From Ilumatobacteraceae bacterium (lineage in GTDB: Bacteria > Actinomycetota > Acidimicrobiia > Acidimicrobiales > Ilumatobacteraceae): a stretch of 31,135 nucleotides of DNA. The translations under genes and the position numbers were made by a program. Numbering within the stretch: the first letter of the stretch is position 1; each line of letters begins with the position of its first letter. The notes beneath the pieces were generated by a model that ran no database searches, was not told where the DNA came from, and saw only the letters and a program-made list of their open reading frames with translations. The stretch covers positions 1 to 31,135 of the forward strand of contig SKSP01000150.1 of assembly GCA_007122945.1 (NCBI GenBank). Direction: 5' to 3'. Below, piece by piece: positions 9,426 to 17,324 of the stretch.

Positions 9426-9478
9426 CCGGCAGCCGGTGGTCCCGCCCCTGGATCCGGGGTGGGCCACCGGCTTGCCGG
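9426..9478 (+). terminator. long GC-rich stem-loop downstream of the SBP gene (terminator or mRNA-stabilising hairpin)
   Basis: CCGGCA-GCCGGTGG-TCCCGCCCC [TGGATCC] GGGGTGGG-CCACCGGC-T-TGCCGG. There is no U-tract. Confidence 0.6.
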
Positions 9479-9511
9479 ATACAACATGCGCGCTTATGAT
9501 CTGCGGGCAGA
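9472..9511 (+). promoter_or_regulatory. sigma70-type promoter of the Rieske-LLM-deaminase operon (TTGCCG-N17-TATGAT) overlapped by a putative MarR operator
   Basis: TTGCCG at 9472-9477 and TATGAT at 9495-9500, 17-nt spacer. 9478-9511 matches 16671-16704 at 25 of 34 positions by eye. A GAAGGAGG RBS follows. Confidence 0.7.
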
Positions 9512-9535
9512 GGAACGAAGGAGGAAGAATCAGAC

Positions 9536-10627
9536 ATGCTGATCAGTGAGGTCCCGGCGTTCCGCGAGTACTGGTACCCGATCGGTTACAGCGGCGACAT
9601 CGCCGACGAGCCGACACCGTTCAAGATCTTCGGTGAGGAGTACGTCGCCTGGCGCGGTGGCTCCGGTGCGGTGCACGCCGCCCGCGACGAGTGCCCGCAC
9701 CGCCATGCCCGCCTCTCGCAGGGGTGGCTCGCCGACGGCTGCCTGACCTGCCCGTACCACGGGTGGAAGTTCGGCGAGGACGGCCACTGCGTGGAGATCC
9801 CCGCAGCGGATCCCGAGCTGCCGATCCCGCCGCGCGCCCACGTCGACAAGATCCTCGCCGCTGAGCGGTACGGGCTGGTGTGGGTGTGCGTGGGCATGCC
9901 CCGCGCCGGCATCCCCGACCTCGTCGAGGCCGACGACCCCGGCTACACCCTCATCCACGAGATGATGGACGTGTGGACGGCGTCCGCGCCGCGCATCGTC
10001 GACAACGCCCTCGACGTCAGCCACGTCGCCTGGGTGCACCGCAACTCGGTCGGTTCGTCGGCCAACCCCCGTCTCGAGGCCGGCCCGGTCGAGCGCGACG
10101 GGCAGACGTTCCGCTTCTCGGTCACGTTGATCTCCCAGGTCAACGAGCAGCAGAAGCGCAACACCGGCATCACCGCCGACACGACCCGGCGCACCACGCA
10201 CGCCGAGCTCGTGCAGCCGCTCGTGTTCCGGGGCCGGATGGTCTACGAGGAGAACGGGCTCGAGCACGTGCTCTACAAGACGTGCACCCCGATCGATGAC
10301 GAGCACACGCTGTTCTGCCAGTTCATCGCCCGCAACGACGACCCACCGCCCGAGAAGTGGGACAGCATCACCGCCGTCGACCGCCAGGTCCAGGCCGAGG
10401 ACCGGGCGCTGCTCGAGAACGTCAACCCGAACTTCCCGGTCGAGATCTCGACCGAGCTGCACACCAAGGCCGATCGGATGACGCTCGAGTACCGGCGCAT
10501 CCTCGCCGAGCTGGCCGCCGAGGCGCCCGGTGTCGCTCCCGACTCGGCGTGGGCCAAACCGTTCCGACGCGACCCGGTGCGCGATGCGCCGGTGCCGTCC
10601 GGCGCGACGTCCGACGGAGACGCGTGA
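9536..10627 (+). CDS. Rieske non-heme iron oxygenase, VanA/NdmA-like (O- or N-demethylase type)
   Basis: Rieske motif CPHR-x17-CPYH, mononuclear Fe motif DNALDVSHVAWVH, 'ERYGLVWV' and C-terminal 'AEDRALLE...ADRMTLEYRR'. Confidence 0.9.
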   Translation: MLISEVPAFREYWYPIGYSGDIADEPTPFKIFGEEYVAWRGGSGAVHAARDECPHRHARLSQGWLADGCLTCPYHGWKFGEDGHCVEIPAADPELPIPPRAHVDKILAAERYGLVWVCVGMPRAGIPDLVEADDPGYTLIHEMMDVWTASAPRIVDNALDVSHVAWVHRNSVGSSANPRLEAGPVERDGQTFRFSVTLISQVNEQQKRNTGITADTTRRTTHAELVQPLVFRGRMVYEENGLEHVLYKTCTPIDDEHTLFCQFIARNDDPPPEKWDSITAVDRQVQAEDRALLENVNPNFPVEISTELHTKADRMTLEYRRILAELAAEAPGVAPDSAWAKPFRRDPVRDAPVPSGATSDGDA

Positions 10628-10628
10628 C

Positions 10629-11588
10629 GTGAAGATCGGCATCCAGACACCACCGGAGCACACCGACTTCGCCGCGCTCGAAGCGGTGTGGGACGCGATC
10701 GACGAGCTCGGGTTCGCCGCCGCGTTCACGTTCGACCACCTCGTGCCGTTGAACCCCGGCGCCCGCCCGGGTGGGCCCGGCGGCGTCCCCGACGGGCCGC
10801 AGTTCGAGGGGTGGGCGACGCTGTGCGCGCTGGCGGCCCGCACCACCAACGTCCAGGTCGGCACGCTCGTCTCCGGGGTCACCTACCGTCACCCGGCGAT
10901 GCTCGCCAAGATGGCGGTGACCCTCGACCACATCACGCGCGGCCGGGCGATCCTCGGTCTCGGCGCCGCCTGGCACGAGGCGGAGCACCAGATGTACGGC
11001 ATCGACTTCCCGGGCGTCGGCGAGCGGATGGGTCGGCTCGACGAGGCGCTCGAGGTGATCGGCCGGCTCTGCCGCGCCGACCGCGACGACACCGTCGACT
11101 TCGACGGCCGCTACTACCAGCTCCAGGGCGCACCGTTCGACCCCAAGCCGGTGCGCCCCGAGGGGCTCCCGATCCTGGTCGGCGGCAGCGGCCCGCGGCT
11201 GAAGGGCATCGCAACGCGCCATGCCACGATCTTCAACAGCTTCGCCGCACCGTGGGAGTGGCCCGAGGTCAATGCCGACCTCGACGAGCGGCTTACCGCG
11301 GCCGGTCGCGGACCGGGCGACCTCATGCGTACGGCGTTCGTGTTCTGCGAGCTCTCCGGCGATCCCACGGCCGAGGACGCCCTCGTCGCCCACTTCCAGA
11401 AGAACCGTGGCGGCACGGACGAGGAGGTGCGCCGACGGGTCGTCGTCGGCTCGCCCGACCAGATGGCCGCTGTCCTGAACGGCTACGCCGACGCCGGCAT
11501 GGAGATGGCGATCATGAACCTGCGTCCGCCCTACCCCCTCGAGGGGCTGGAGCGCTTCGCGCGCGAGGTGCTCCCCGCCCTTGGGTAG
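10629..11588 (+). CDS. LLM-class oxidoreductase, probably F420-dependent (Rv1855c-like)
   Basis: GTG 1 nt after the Rieske stop. Motifs 'FDHL', 'EGWATLCALAART', 'GTLVSGVTYRHPAMLAKMAVTLDHITRGRAILGLGAAW' and 'PILVGGSG'. The F420 cofactor is inferred from the subfamily. Confidence 0.85.
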   Translation: MKIGIQTPPEHTDFAALEAVWDAIDELGFAAAFTFDHLVPLNPGARPGGPGGVPDGPQFEGWATLCALAARTTNVQVGTLVSGVTYRHPAMLAKMAVTLDHITRGRAILGLGAAWHEAEHQMYGIDFPGVGERMGRLDEALEVIGRLCRADRDDTVDFDGRYYQLQGAPFDPKPVRPEGLPILVGGSGPRLKGIATRHATIFNSFAAPWEWPEVNADLDERLTAAGRGPGDLMRTAFVFCELSGDPTAEDALVAHFQKNRGGTDEEVRRRVVVGSPDQMAAVLNGYADAGMEMAIMNLRPPYPLEGLERFAREVLPALG

Positions 11589-12933
11589 ATCGAAGCTCCC
11601 GGTCGATCTGCTCGTCAGGGGCGGCACCGTCGTCGCCGTCGACGCCGACGACACCGTCGTGCGCGCCGATGTCGCGGTGGCCGACGGCCGCATCGCCGGC
11701 ATCGGCCGGGACCTCGACGTGGAGCCCGAGGTCGTCCTCGATGCCACCGACGCCGCGGTCGTCCCCGGGTTCGTCAACGCCCACATGCACGAGACGCTCG
11801 ACCGGGGCGTGTTCGAGGACCTCCCGTTCGTCGAGTGGCTGGAGGAGTACGCGCTCCCGAAGGACATGGCGTACGAGCCGCGGCACATGCGCGCCGCGGC
11901 GATGCTCAACCAGGCCGAGATGATCGCCGGCGGGACGACGTCGTTCATCGACATCTTCCGCCATCCCCACGAGGTCGCCGCGGTCGCCGAGCGGTCGGGA
12001 CTGCGCGCGACGATCAGCCCCCAGATCGTCGACACGCCCGCAGGCGCGGGCGAGACGGTCGCCGACGCGGTCGGTTTCGTCGAGCACTGGCACCGCCGGA
12101 TCCCCGGCCGGATCCGAGCCTGGTTCGGGCCGCACGCGCTCTACTCGTGCACCCCCGAGACGTACCGCTGCATCCGCGAGCTCACCTGCGTGTACGACGT
12201 CGGCATCCACACCCACCTCGCGGAGAGCCGGGCGGAGGCGGGCATGATCGCCGAGCAGTCCGGTGGGCTCAGCCCGGTTCGATGGCTCGACGAGTTGGTC
12301 GGCCTGGGCTCCGATGTCGTGGCGGCGCACTGCGTCGAGCTGTCCGACGACGATCTCGCCCTGCTCGTCGAGCGCGGGGTCGGCATCGCCCACTGCCCGA
12401 CCTCGAACGCCAAGCTCGGCAACGGCATCGCCCGGATCCCCGAGATGCTCGCCGCGGGTGCCGTCGTCGGGCTCGGGACCGACTCGAACATGACCAACAA
12501 CGACCTCGACATGTTCGAGGAGATGCGACTCGCCGCGCTCGTCCAGAAGCAGCGCACCGGGGATCCGACGGTCCTGCCGAGCGGGCAGGTCCTGCGGATG
12601 GCGACGATGGGCTCGGCGCGGGTGCTGGGCGTCGACCACCGGGTCGGCAGCATCGAGGTCGGCAAGGCGGCCGATCTGGCGGTGGTCGACCTGCGGGGCG
12701 CGCACGCCCGCCCGATCGTCCGGCACGGCCGCACGAACATCGTCGAGCAGCTCGTGTGGGCGTGCTCGGCGCGCGACGTCCGCCACACCGTCGTCGACGG
12801 GCGGGTGCTGATGCAGGACCGGCAGCTGCTCACGCTCGACGTGGAGGAGGTCGTCGAGCTCGCCGACCGCGAGATCGTGGATCTCCTTCGCTCGGCCGGC
12901 GTGCTCGAGAAGCGCTTCGGCCCCGCCACCTGA
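11581..12933 (+). CDS. amidohydrolase-superfamily deaminase, MtaD/Tm0936-like
   Basis: Metal ligands PGFVNAHMH, HTHLAE, AAHCV and GLGTD. Also 'EDLPFVEWL', 'GPHALYSC' and 'HCPTSNAKLGNG'. The TTG start overlaps the upstream stop, so the exact start is uncertain. Confidence 0.88.
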   Translation: MGRSKLPVDLLVRGGTVVAVDADDTVVRADVAVADGRIAGIGRDLDVEPEVVLDATDAAVVPGFVNAHMHETLDRGVFEDLPFVEWLEEYALPKDMAYEPRHMRAAAMLNQAEMIAGGTTSFIDIFRHPHEVAAVAERSGLRATISPQIVDTPAGAGETVADAVGFVEHWHRRIPGRIRAWFGPHALYSCTPETYRCIRELTCVYDVGIHTHLAESRAEAGMIAEQSGGLSPVRWLDELVGLGSDVVAAHCVELSDDDLALLVERGVGIAHCPTSNAKLGNGIARIPEMLAAGAVVGLGTDSNMTNNDLDMFEEMRLAALVQKQRTGDPTVLPSGQVLRMATMGSARVLGVDHRVGSIEVGKAADLAVVDLRGAHARPIVRHGRTNIVEQLVWACSARDVRHTVVDGRVLMQDRQLLTLDVEEVVELADREIVDLLRSAGVLEKRFGPAT

Positions 12934-12980
12934 CGAACCGTCCGCGCCGATCGGCCGGTTCCCGCCGATCGACGCGGACG
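12934..12980. terminator. stem-loop between convergent genes, containing a REP-like 25-bp repeat
   Basis: CGTCCGCG (12939-12946) pairs with CGCGGACG (12973-12980). 12934-12958 is identical to 30821-30845. Confidence 0.6.
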
Positions 12981-13012
12981 AAACGGGACTGGGCAGTGGT
13001 CGCGGGCAGTGG

Positions 13013-15292
13013 TCAGGTGAGCAGGTCGTCCGGGCGGACCGGGACGCGGTGCACCGGTGCGCCGGTCGCGGTCCGGATCGCAGCGGCGATCGCGGCCGTG
13101 GAGGAGAGTGCCGAGGGTTCGCCGACGCCCTTCAGTCCGAACGGCGCGTCGGGGTCGGGTTCCTCGATCAACGCGGCCTCGACCGGCGCGACGTCGGCCG
13201 CCGTGGGGATCAGGTAGTCCGTGAACGTGTTGTTGACGACGTGGCCGTCGCGGGTCTCGAGGTGCTCGTTGAGGGCGAGCCCGATGCCCTGGGTGATCCC
13301 GCCGAGGATCTGCCCGCGCACCTCGCGTGGGTTGAGGGCCCGCCCGACGTCCTGGGCCGTGGCGACCTGGGCGACCCGACACAGCCCGAGCTCGACGTCG
13401 ACGTCGACGATCGCCCGGTGGGCGACGAACATCCACGACACGTGCACGTCACCCTGCCCGGTCGTCGGATCGCCGCGATGGGTCCGCGGCGGCCGGTACT
13501 CGGTGGTGGCGACGATCGGCTCGTCACCGACCAGCTCGTCGAGGCTGATCAGCTCGTCGCCGACGAGCGCGCCGTCGGGGACGAGCTCGACGTCGTCGGG
13601 AGTCACGCCGGCGCGTCCGGCCGCGTCGGTGAGCAGCCGCGCCGCCACCTCGGCGGCCGCCTGACGAACCGCCGCGCCCGACATCCACGTCTGACGACTC
13701 GCCGACGACGAACCCGAGTACCCGGCCTCCGTGGTGGCCGGCTCGACCTCGACCGGCATGCCGCCGAGCGCCGCCGAGGCGATCTGGGCGAGCGCGCTCA
13801 CGATCCCCTGACCGCACTCGGCGGCGGCCGAACGGATGGTCGCGCCGTTGGCGGTGACCGTCACCGTGGCGACCGATCGCTCGGTCACACCCTCCCCGTA
13901 GAGATGGTTCTTCACCCCGAGCGCGAAACCGACGCCACGGCGGACGTGCTCGCCGTCGGTGGTGAGCCCGGTCCCGCCCGGCAGGTCGTAGGGATGGGTC
14001 GGGTCACCGGGCAGGGGTGCCGGTTCCGGCAGGGCGGTGCACCGGTCGATCAGCTCGCGCAGCGGTGCCGAGGGTCCGACCCGCTGGCCCGACGTGGGGA
14101 ACTCGTCGCCGGGTGCGAGGACGTTCCGGCGGCGCAGCTCGATCGGGTCGATCCCGAGCTCGGCCGCCAGGAGATCGACCGTCGACTCGATGCCGAAGCA
14201 GGCCTGGACGGCGCCGAACCCCCGCATCGCCCCGCACACCGGGTTGTTGGTGCGTGCCGCTCGGCCGCGGACCCGGACGACGGGGACGCGATACGGGCCG
14301 GCGGCGAAGTAGCACGCGCTGCCGAGCACCGGCCCGGACGTGCTCGCGTACGCGCCACCGTCGAGCACGATGTCGGCCTCGACGAAGCGGAACGTGCCGT
14401 CGCGGTCGGCGCCCATCCGGTAGCGCAACGTCGCCGGGTGACGCTTGGGATGGGCGAGGAACGACTCGGCGCGCCGGTAGGTGGTCTTCACCGGTCGGCC
14501 CGTGGCCAGGGCGGCGAGCGCGAGGTGGACCTGACAGGTGATGTCCTCCCGTCCGCCGAACGCACCGCCGATCCCGGACATCACGAGGCGGACCTGCTCC
14601 TCCTCGAGGCCGAGCACCGAGGCGATCTGCTCCTGGTCGGTGTGCAGGTCCTGCGTGGCGAGCACGAGCGTGACCCCACCGTCCACGTCCGGCATCGCGA
14701 GGGCGGACTCGGGGCCGAGGAAGGCCTGGTCCTGGCGGCCGGTCGACCACGTGCCCTCGACGATCACGTCGGCCGTCAGTGGCCCGTCGCCGCGCTCGAG
14801 GCACAGCTCGCGGATCACGTTGCCGTCGGGATGCACGCGCTGGCTGTCGGGCGTGAGCGCGAGGTCGGGGTCCGTCAGCGGCTCGAGCGTCTCCCACGTG
14901 ACCTCGACGAGGTCGGCCGCGCGCCAGGCCAGCTCCTGGCTGCGGGCCACCACGAAGGCGACCGGCTCGCCGACGTACCGCGCCACCCCGTCGACGAAGG
15001 GCGGCGCGTCGGCGACGATGTGCCCGGTGCGCGCCCGGGTCGGGACGTCGTCGAGCGTGAGGATCCGCACGACGCCGGGTGTCGACAGTGCCGCCGAGAT
15101 GCCGAGGTGCACGAGTCGGGCGTGTGGGTGCGGGCTGCGGACCGTCGCTCCGAAGAGCATGCCCGCGACCGAGACGTCGTTGGAGAACTCGAACGAGCCG
15201 TCGATCTTGGGTGGGACGTCCGGTCGTGGAACCGACCGACCGATGGGTGACGCACCCGTCGCGGGTGCGTCGACCAGGCTCTCGACGCTCAT
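13013..15292 (-). CDS. xanthine dehydrogenase-family molybdopterin-binding (large) subunit
   Basis: ATGA overlap with the small-subunit stop. Moco motifs GGAFGGRE, AMRGFG, ECGQG and SSSASRQT, plus C-terminal KGVGE carrying the catalytic Glu. Confidence 0.93.
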   Translation of the reverse strand: MSVESLVDAPATGASPIGRSVPRPDVPPKIDGSFEFSNDVSVAGMLFGATVRSPHPHARLVHLGISAALSTPGVVRILTLDDVPTRARTGHIVADAPPFVDGVARYVGEPVAFVVARSQELAWRAADLVEVTWETLEPLTDPDLALTPDSQRVHPDGNVIRELCLERGDGPLTADVIVEGTWSTGRQDQAFLGPESALAMPDVDGGVTLVLATQDLHTDQEQIASVLGLEEEQVRLVMSGIGGAFGGREDITCQVHLALAALATGRPVKTTYRRAESFLAHPKRHPATLRYRMGADRDGTFRFVEADIVLDGGAYASTSGPVLGSACYFAAGPYRVPVVRVRGRAARTNNPVCGAMRGFGAVQACFGIESTVDLLAAELGIDPIELRRRNVLAPGDEFPTSGQRVGPSAPLRELIDRCTALPEPAPLPGDPTHPYDLPGGTGLTTDGEHVRRGVGFALGVKNHLYGEGVTERSVATVTVTANGATIRSAAAECGQGIVSALAQIASAALGGMPVEVEPATTEAGYSGSSSASRQTWMSGAAVRQAAAEVAARLLTDAAGRAGVTPDDVELVPDGALVGDELISLDELVGDEPIVATTEYRPPRTHRGDPTTGQGDVHVSWMFVAHRAIVDVDVELGLCRVAQVATAQDVGRALNPREVRGQILGGITQGIGLALNEHLETRDGHVVNNTFTDYLIPTAADVAPVEAALIEEPDPDAPFGLKGVGEPSALSSTAAIAAAIRTATGAPVHRVPVRPDDLLT

Positions 15293-15786
15293 CCGGTGCG
15301 CTCCCGACCCGACGCATCGCGCCGGGCCTCGTCCACCCGGAGCACCGCAGCGATGATCCCCTCGTAGCCGGTGCAGCGGCAGAGGTTGCCGGCGAGGGAC
15401 TCGCGCACGCCGTGCTCCGTGAGGGGTTCCGGGTCGGCGAGAGCGGCCTCGGCCGCCACGACGATGCCCGGGGTGCAGAACCCGCACTGGACGGCGCCGT
15501 GTTCGGCGAGCGCGTCGGCGAGGTCAGCCCGTACGAAGCTGCGCACCGTGCGGATGACGCTGCCGTGGCAGACGAGAGCGGGGACGAGACACGAGCACTC
15601 CACGCGTCCGTCGATCTCGACCGAGCACGAGCCGCACTCACCCTGCTCGCACGCACCGGTCGTCGCCGTGGCACCGGCGTCGCGCAACGCCCGGAGCAGA
15701 CTGGTCGCCGGTGTCGCCTCCAGGGTGGTGTCCCTCCCGTCGAGCGTGATGGCCACCTCGAGGGCCGACGGCATGGCGTCGCTCAC
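15289..15786 (-). CDS. xanthine dehydrogenase-family 2Fe-2S (small) subunit
   Basis: CEQGECGSC...SC and QCGFCTPG...GNLCRCTGY motifs. Start is GTG 15786 (GTGA overlap) or ATG 15774. Confidence 0.93.
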   Translation of the reverse strand: MSDAMPSALEVAITLDGRDTTLEATPATSLLRALRDAGATATTGACEQGECGSCSVEIDGRVECSCLVPALVCHGSVIRTVRSFVRADLADALAEHGAVQCGFCTPGIVVAAEAALADPEPLTEHGVRESLAGNLCRCTGYEGIIAAVLRVDEARRDASGRERTG

Positions 15787-16649
15787 GCCGCCACCTCCCC
15801 GGCGGTACGCCAGAGTCGGGCGTGCGTCCGGCGGGCGAGGACCCCGAGCGCGTGGCGGCGGTAGGTCGCGCTGGCGCGGGCGTCGTCGATCGGCGACGCG
15901 CCCCGGACGACCTCGGCGGCGAACGCGTCCGCTGCACCGGGGTCGAGCAGGGCGGGCTCCGCGTCGTGGACGCGCCGGACCGTCGGCGCCGCCGAACCGA
16001 TAGCGACCCGCGCGACCCCGCTCGCCGGGTCGAGCCGAGCTGCGATCGAGCACACGCTGATCACCATCGCGTTGCGGGTCCCAACCTTGGCGAAGGCGTC
16101 GAAACCGCCGAGGGCGTGGAGGTGGACCGCGGTGATCAGCTCGTCCGGGCGGCGGACCGTCCGCTTCGGCCCGGTGGCGAACTCCTCGAGCGGGACCCGA
16201 CGCACGCCGTCGCAGGACGCCAGTTCGACGTGCGCGTCGCAGCACAGCAGGGGCGGGACGGCGTCCGCCGCCGGCGACGCCGTGGCGAGGTTGCCGCCGA
16301 GCGTGCCTGCCCGTCGGATCTGCGGGCTCCCGACCGTCCGAGCGGCCGCTGCGAGCGACGGCACCGAGTCGGCGAGCAGCGCCTCGATCTCGGCGAACGT
16401 GATGCCGGCGCCGAGCACCAGCGAGTGCTCGTCGGCGACGATGCGGCCGAGCTCGGCAACCCGCCGTAGCGACAGCCATCCGGCAACGTTGGTGCGACCG
16501 TCGTTCACGCCCACCATGGCGTCGGTTCCCCCGTTCACGACGTAGAGTTCCGGACGCTCGGCCAACAGGATCGTCGCTTCGTGGCGGGTCGTCGGCGTGG
16601 CGAACGGCGGGAGGATGGGCTCGTCCGACGGCGGGGGCATCGAGCTCAT
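15783..16649 (-). CDS. xanthine dehydrogenase-family FAD-binding (medium) subunit
   Basis: Motifs 'NGGTD', 'GSPQIRRAGTLGGNLATASPAAD', 'AKVGTRNAMVIS' and 'SPIDDARASATYRRH'. Confidence 0.92.
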   Translation of the reverse strand: MSSMPPPSDEPILPPFATPTTRHEATILLAERPELYVVNGGTDAMVGVNDGRTNVAGWLSLRRVAELGRIVADEHSLVLGAGITFAEIEALLADSVPSLAAAARTVGSPQIRRAGTLGGNLATASPAADAVPPLLCCDAHVELASCDGVRRVPLEEFATGPKRTVRRPDELITAVHLHALGGFDAFAKVGTRNAMVISVCSIAARLDPASGVARVAIGSAAPTVRRVHDAEPALLDPGAADAFAAEVVRGASPIDDARASATYRRHALGVLARRTHARLWRTAGEVAA

Positions 16650-16670
16650 CGATCGGCATCCGTCCGGGGG

Positions 16671-16714
16671 GATACAATCAGTGCGAACATGATCTGCGCA
16701 CAGATTATCTCGGA
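16671..16714. promoter_or_regulatory. putative MarR operator: two overlapping imperfect palindromes in the divergent XDH/MarR intergenic region
   Basis: ATGATCTG-CGCA-CAGATTAT at 16689-16708. A second related site, ACAATCAGTGCGAACATGAT, lies at 16674-16693 (offset 15 nt). Confidence 0.7.
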
Positions 16715-16769
16715 TCTGATGGATTCGAAAGCGTCGAACGGGTCGAACGGCTCAGAAAGGGGTGGAGTG

Positions 16770-17324
16770 ATGGCACGTCGACCGTCGGAATCCGGTGGCC
16801 GCGAGCTCGGGACGTCGTTCCCGGCGTCCTCCGCGTGGGACAAATTGGGGTTCCTGCTGTGGCACGCCACGCTGGAGTGGCAGCGTCAGGTCTCGGCGGC
16901 GCTCAAGTCGCTCGACCTCACCCACGTGCAGTTCGTCCTGCTGGCGGGCACGAACTGGCTCGAGCAGCGCTCCGGGCCGCCGTCGCAGCGCGAGTTGGCC
17001 GACCACTCCGGGACCGACGCGATGATGACCTCCCAGGTGGTGCGGGCCCTCGAGCGGGCCGGTCTGGTGCGGCGCCTCCCCGACCCCGACGACGCCCGGG
17101 TGAAGCGCGTGTCCACGACGCCCCAGGGTGCCGACCTCGCACGCCGGGCCGTCGCGCTCGTCGAGGACGTCGACCGGCGGGTGTTCGGCGAGGTCGACGA
17201 TCTCGACCGGCTCCGCATCGCCCTGCGGTCCGTCGCCGGGCGCGACGAGTTCGGCCGTCCCTTGGCCGGCACCGCTGACGCGCCAGGGGCTGGTGCCGAA
17301 CGGGCCGGTGCGACTCGAACATGA
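16770..17324 (+). CDS. MarR-family transcriptional regulator
   Basis: 'LDLTHVQFVLL', HTH 'SQRELADHSGTDAMMTSQVVRALERAGLVRR' and wing 'DDARVKRVSTTPQG'. Divergent from the XDH operon. Confidence 0.92.
   Translation: MARRPSESGGRELGTSFPASSAWDKLGFLLWHATLEWQRQVSAALKSLDLTHVQFVLLAGTNWLEQRSGPPSQRELADHSGTDAMMTSQVVRALERAGLVRRLPDPDDARVKRVSTTPQGADLARRAVALVEDVDRRVFGEVDDLDRLRIALRSVAGRDEFGRPLAGTADAPGAGAERAGATRT

Noticed and set aside
9536-10627. Naming the Rieske gene ndmA or vanA, or the Mo enzyme xdh/pucD
   Set aside because: The similarity is only at family level and from memory. Substrate and orthology are unproven, so the symbols are left blank.
16770-17324. Assignment of the MarR as a HucR/UrtR urate sensor
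   Set aside because: I cannot verify the UrtR-specific Trp/Asp/Arg/Arg residues by eye, so it is kept only as a precedent.
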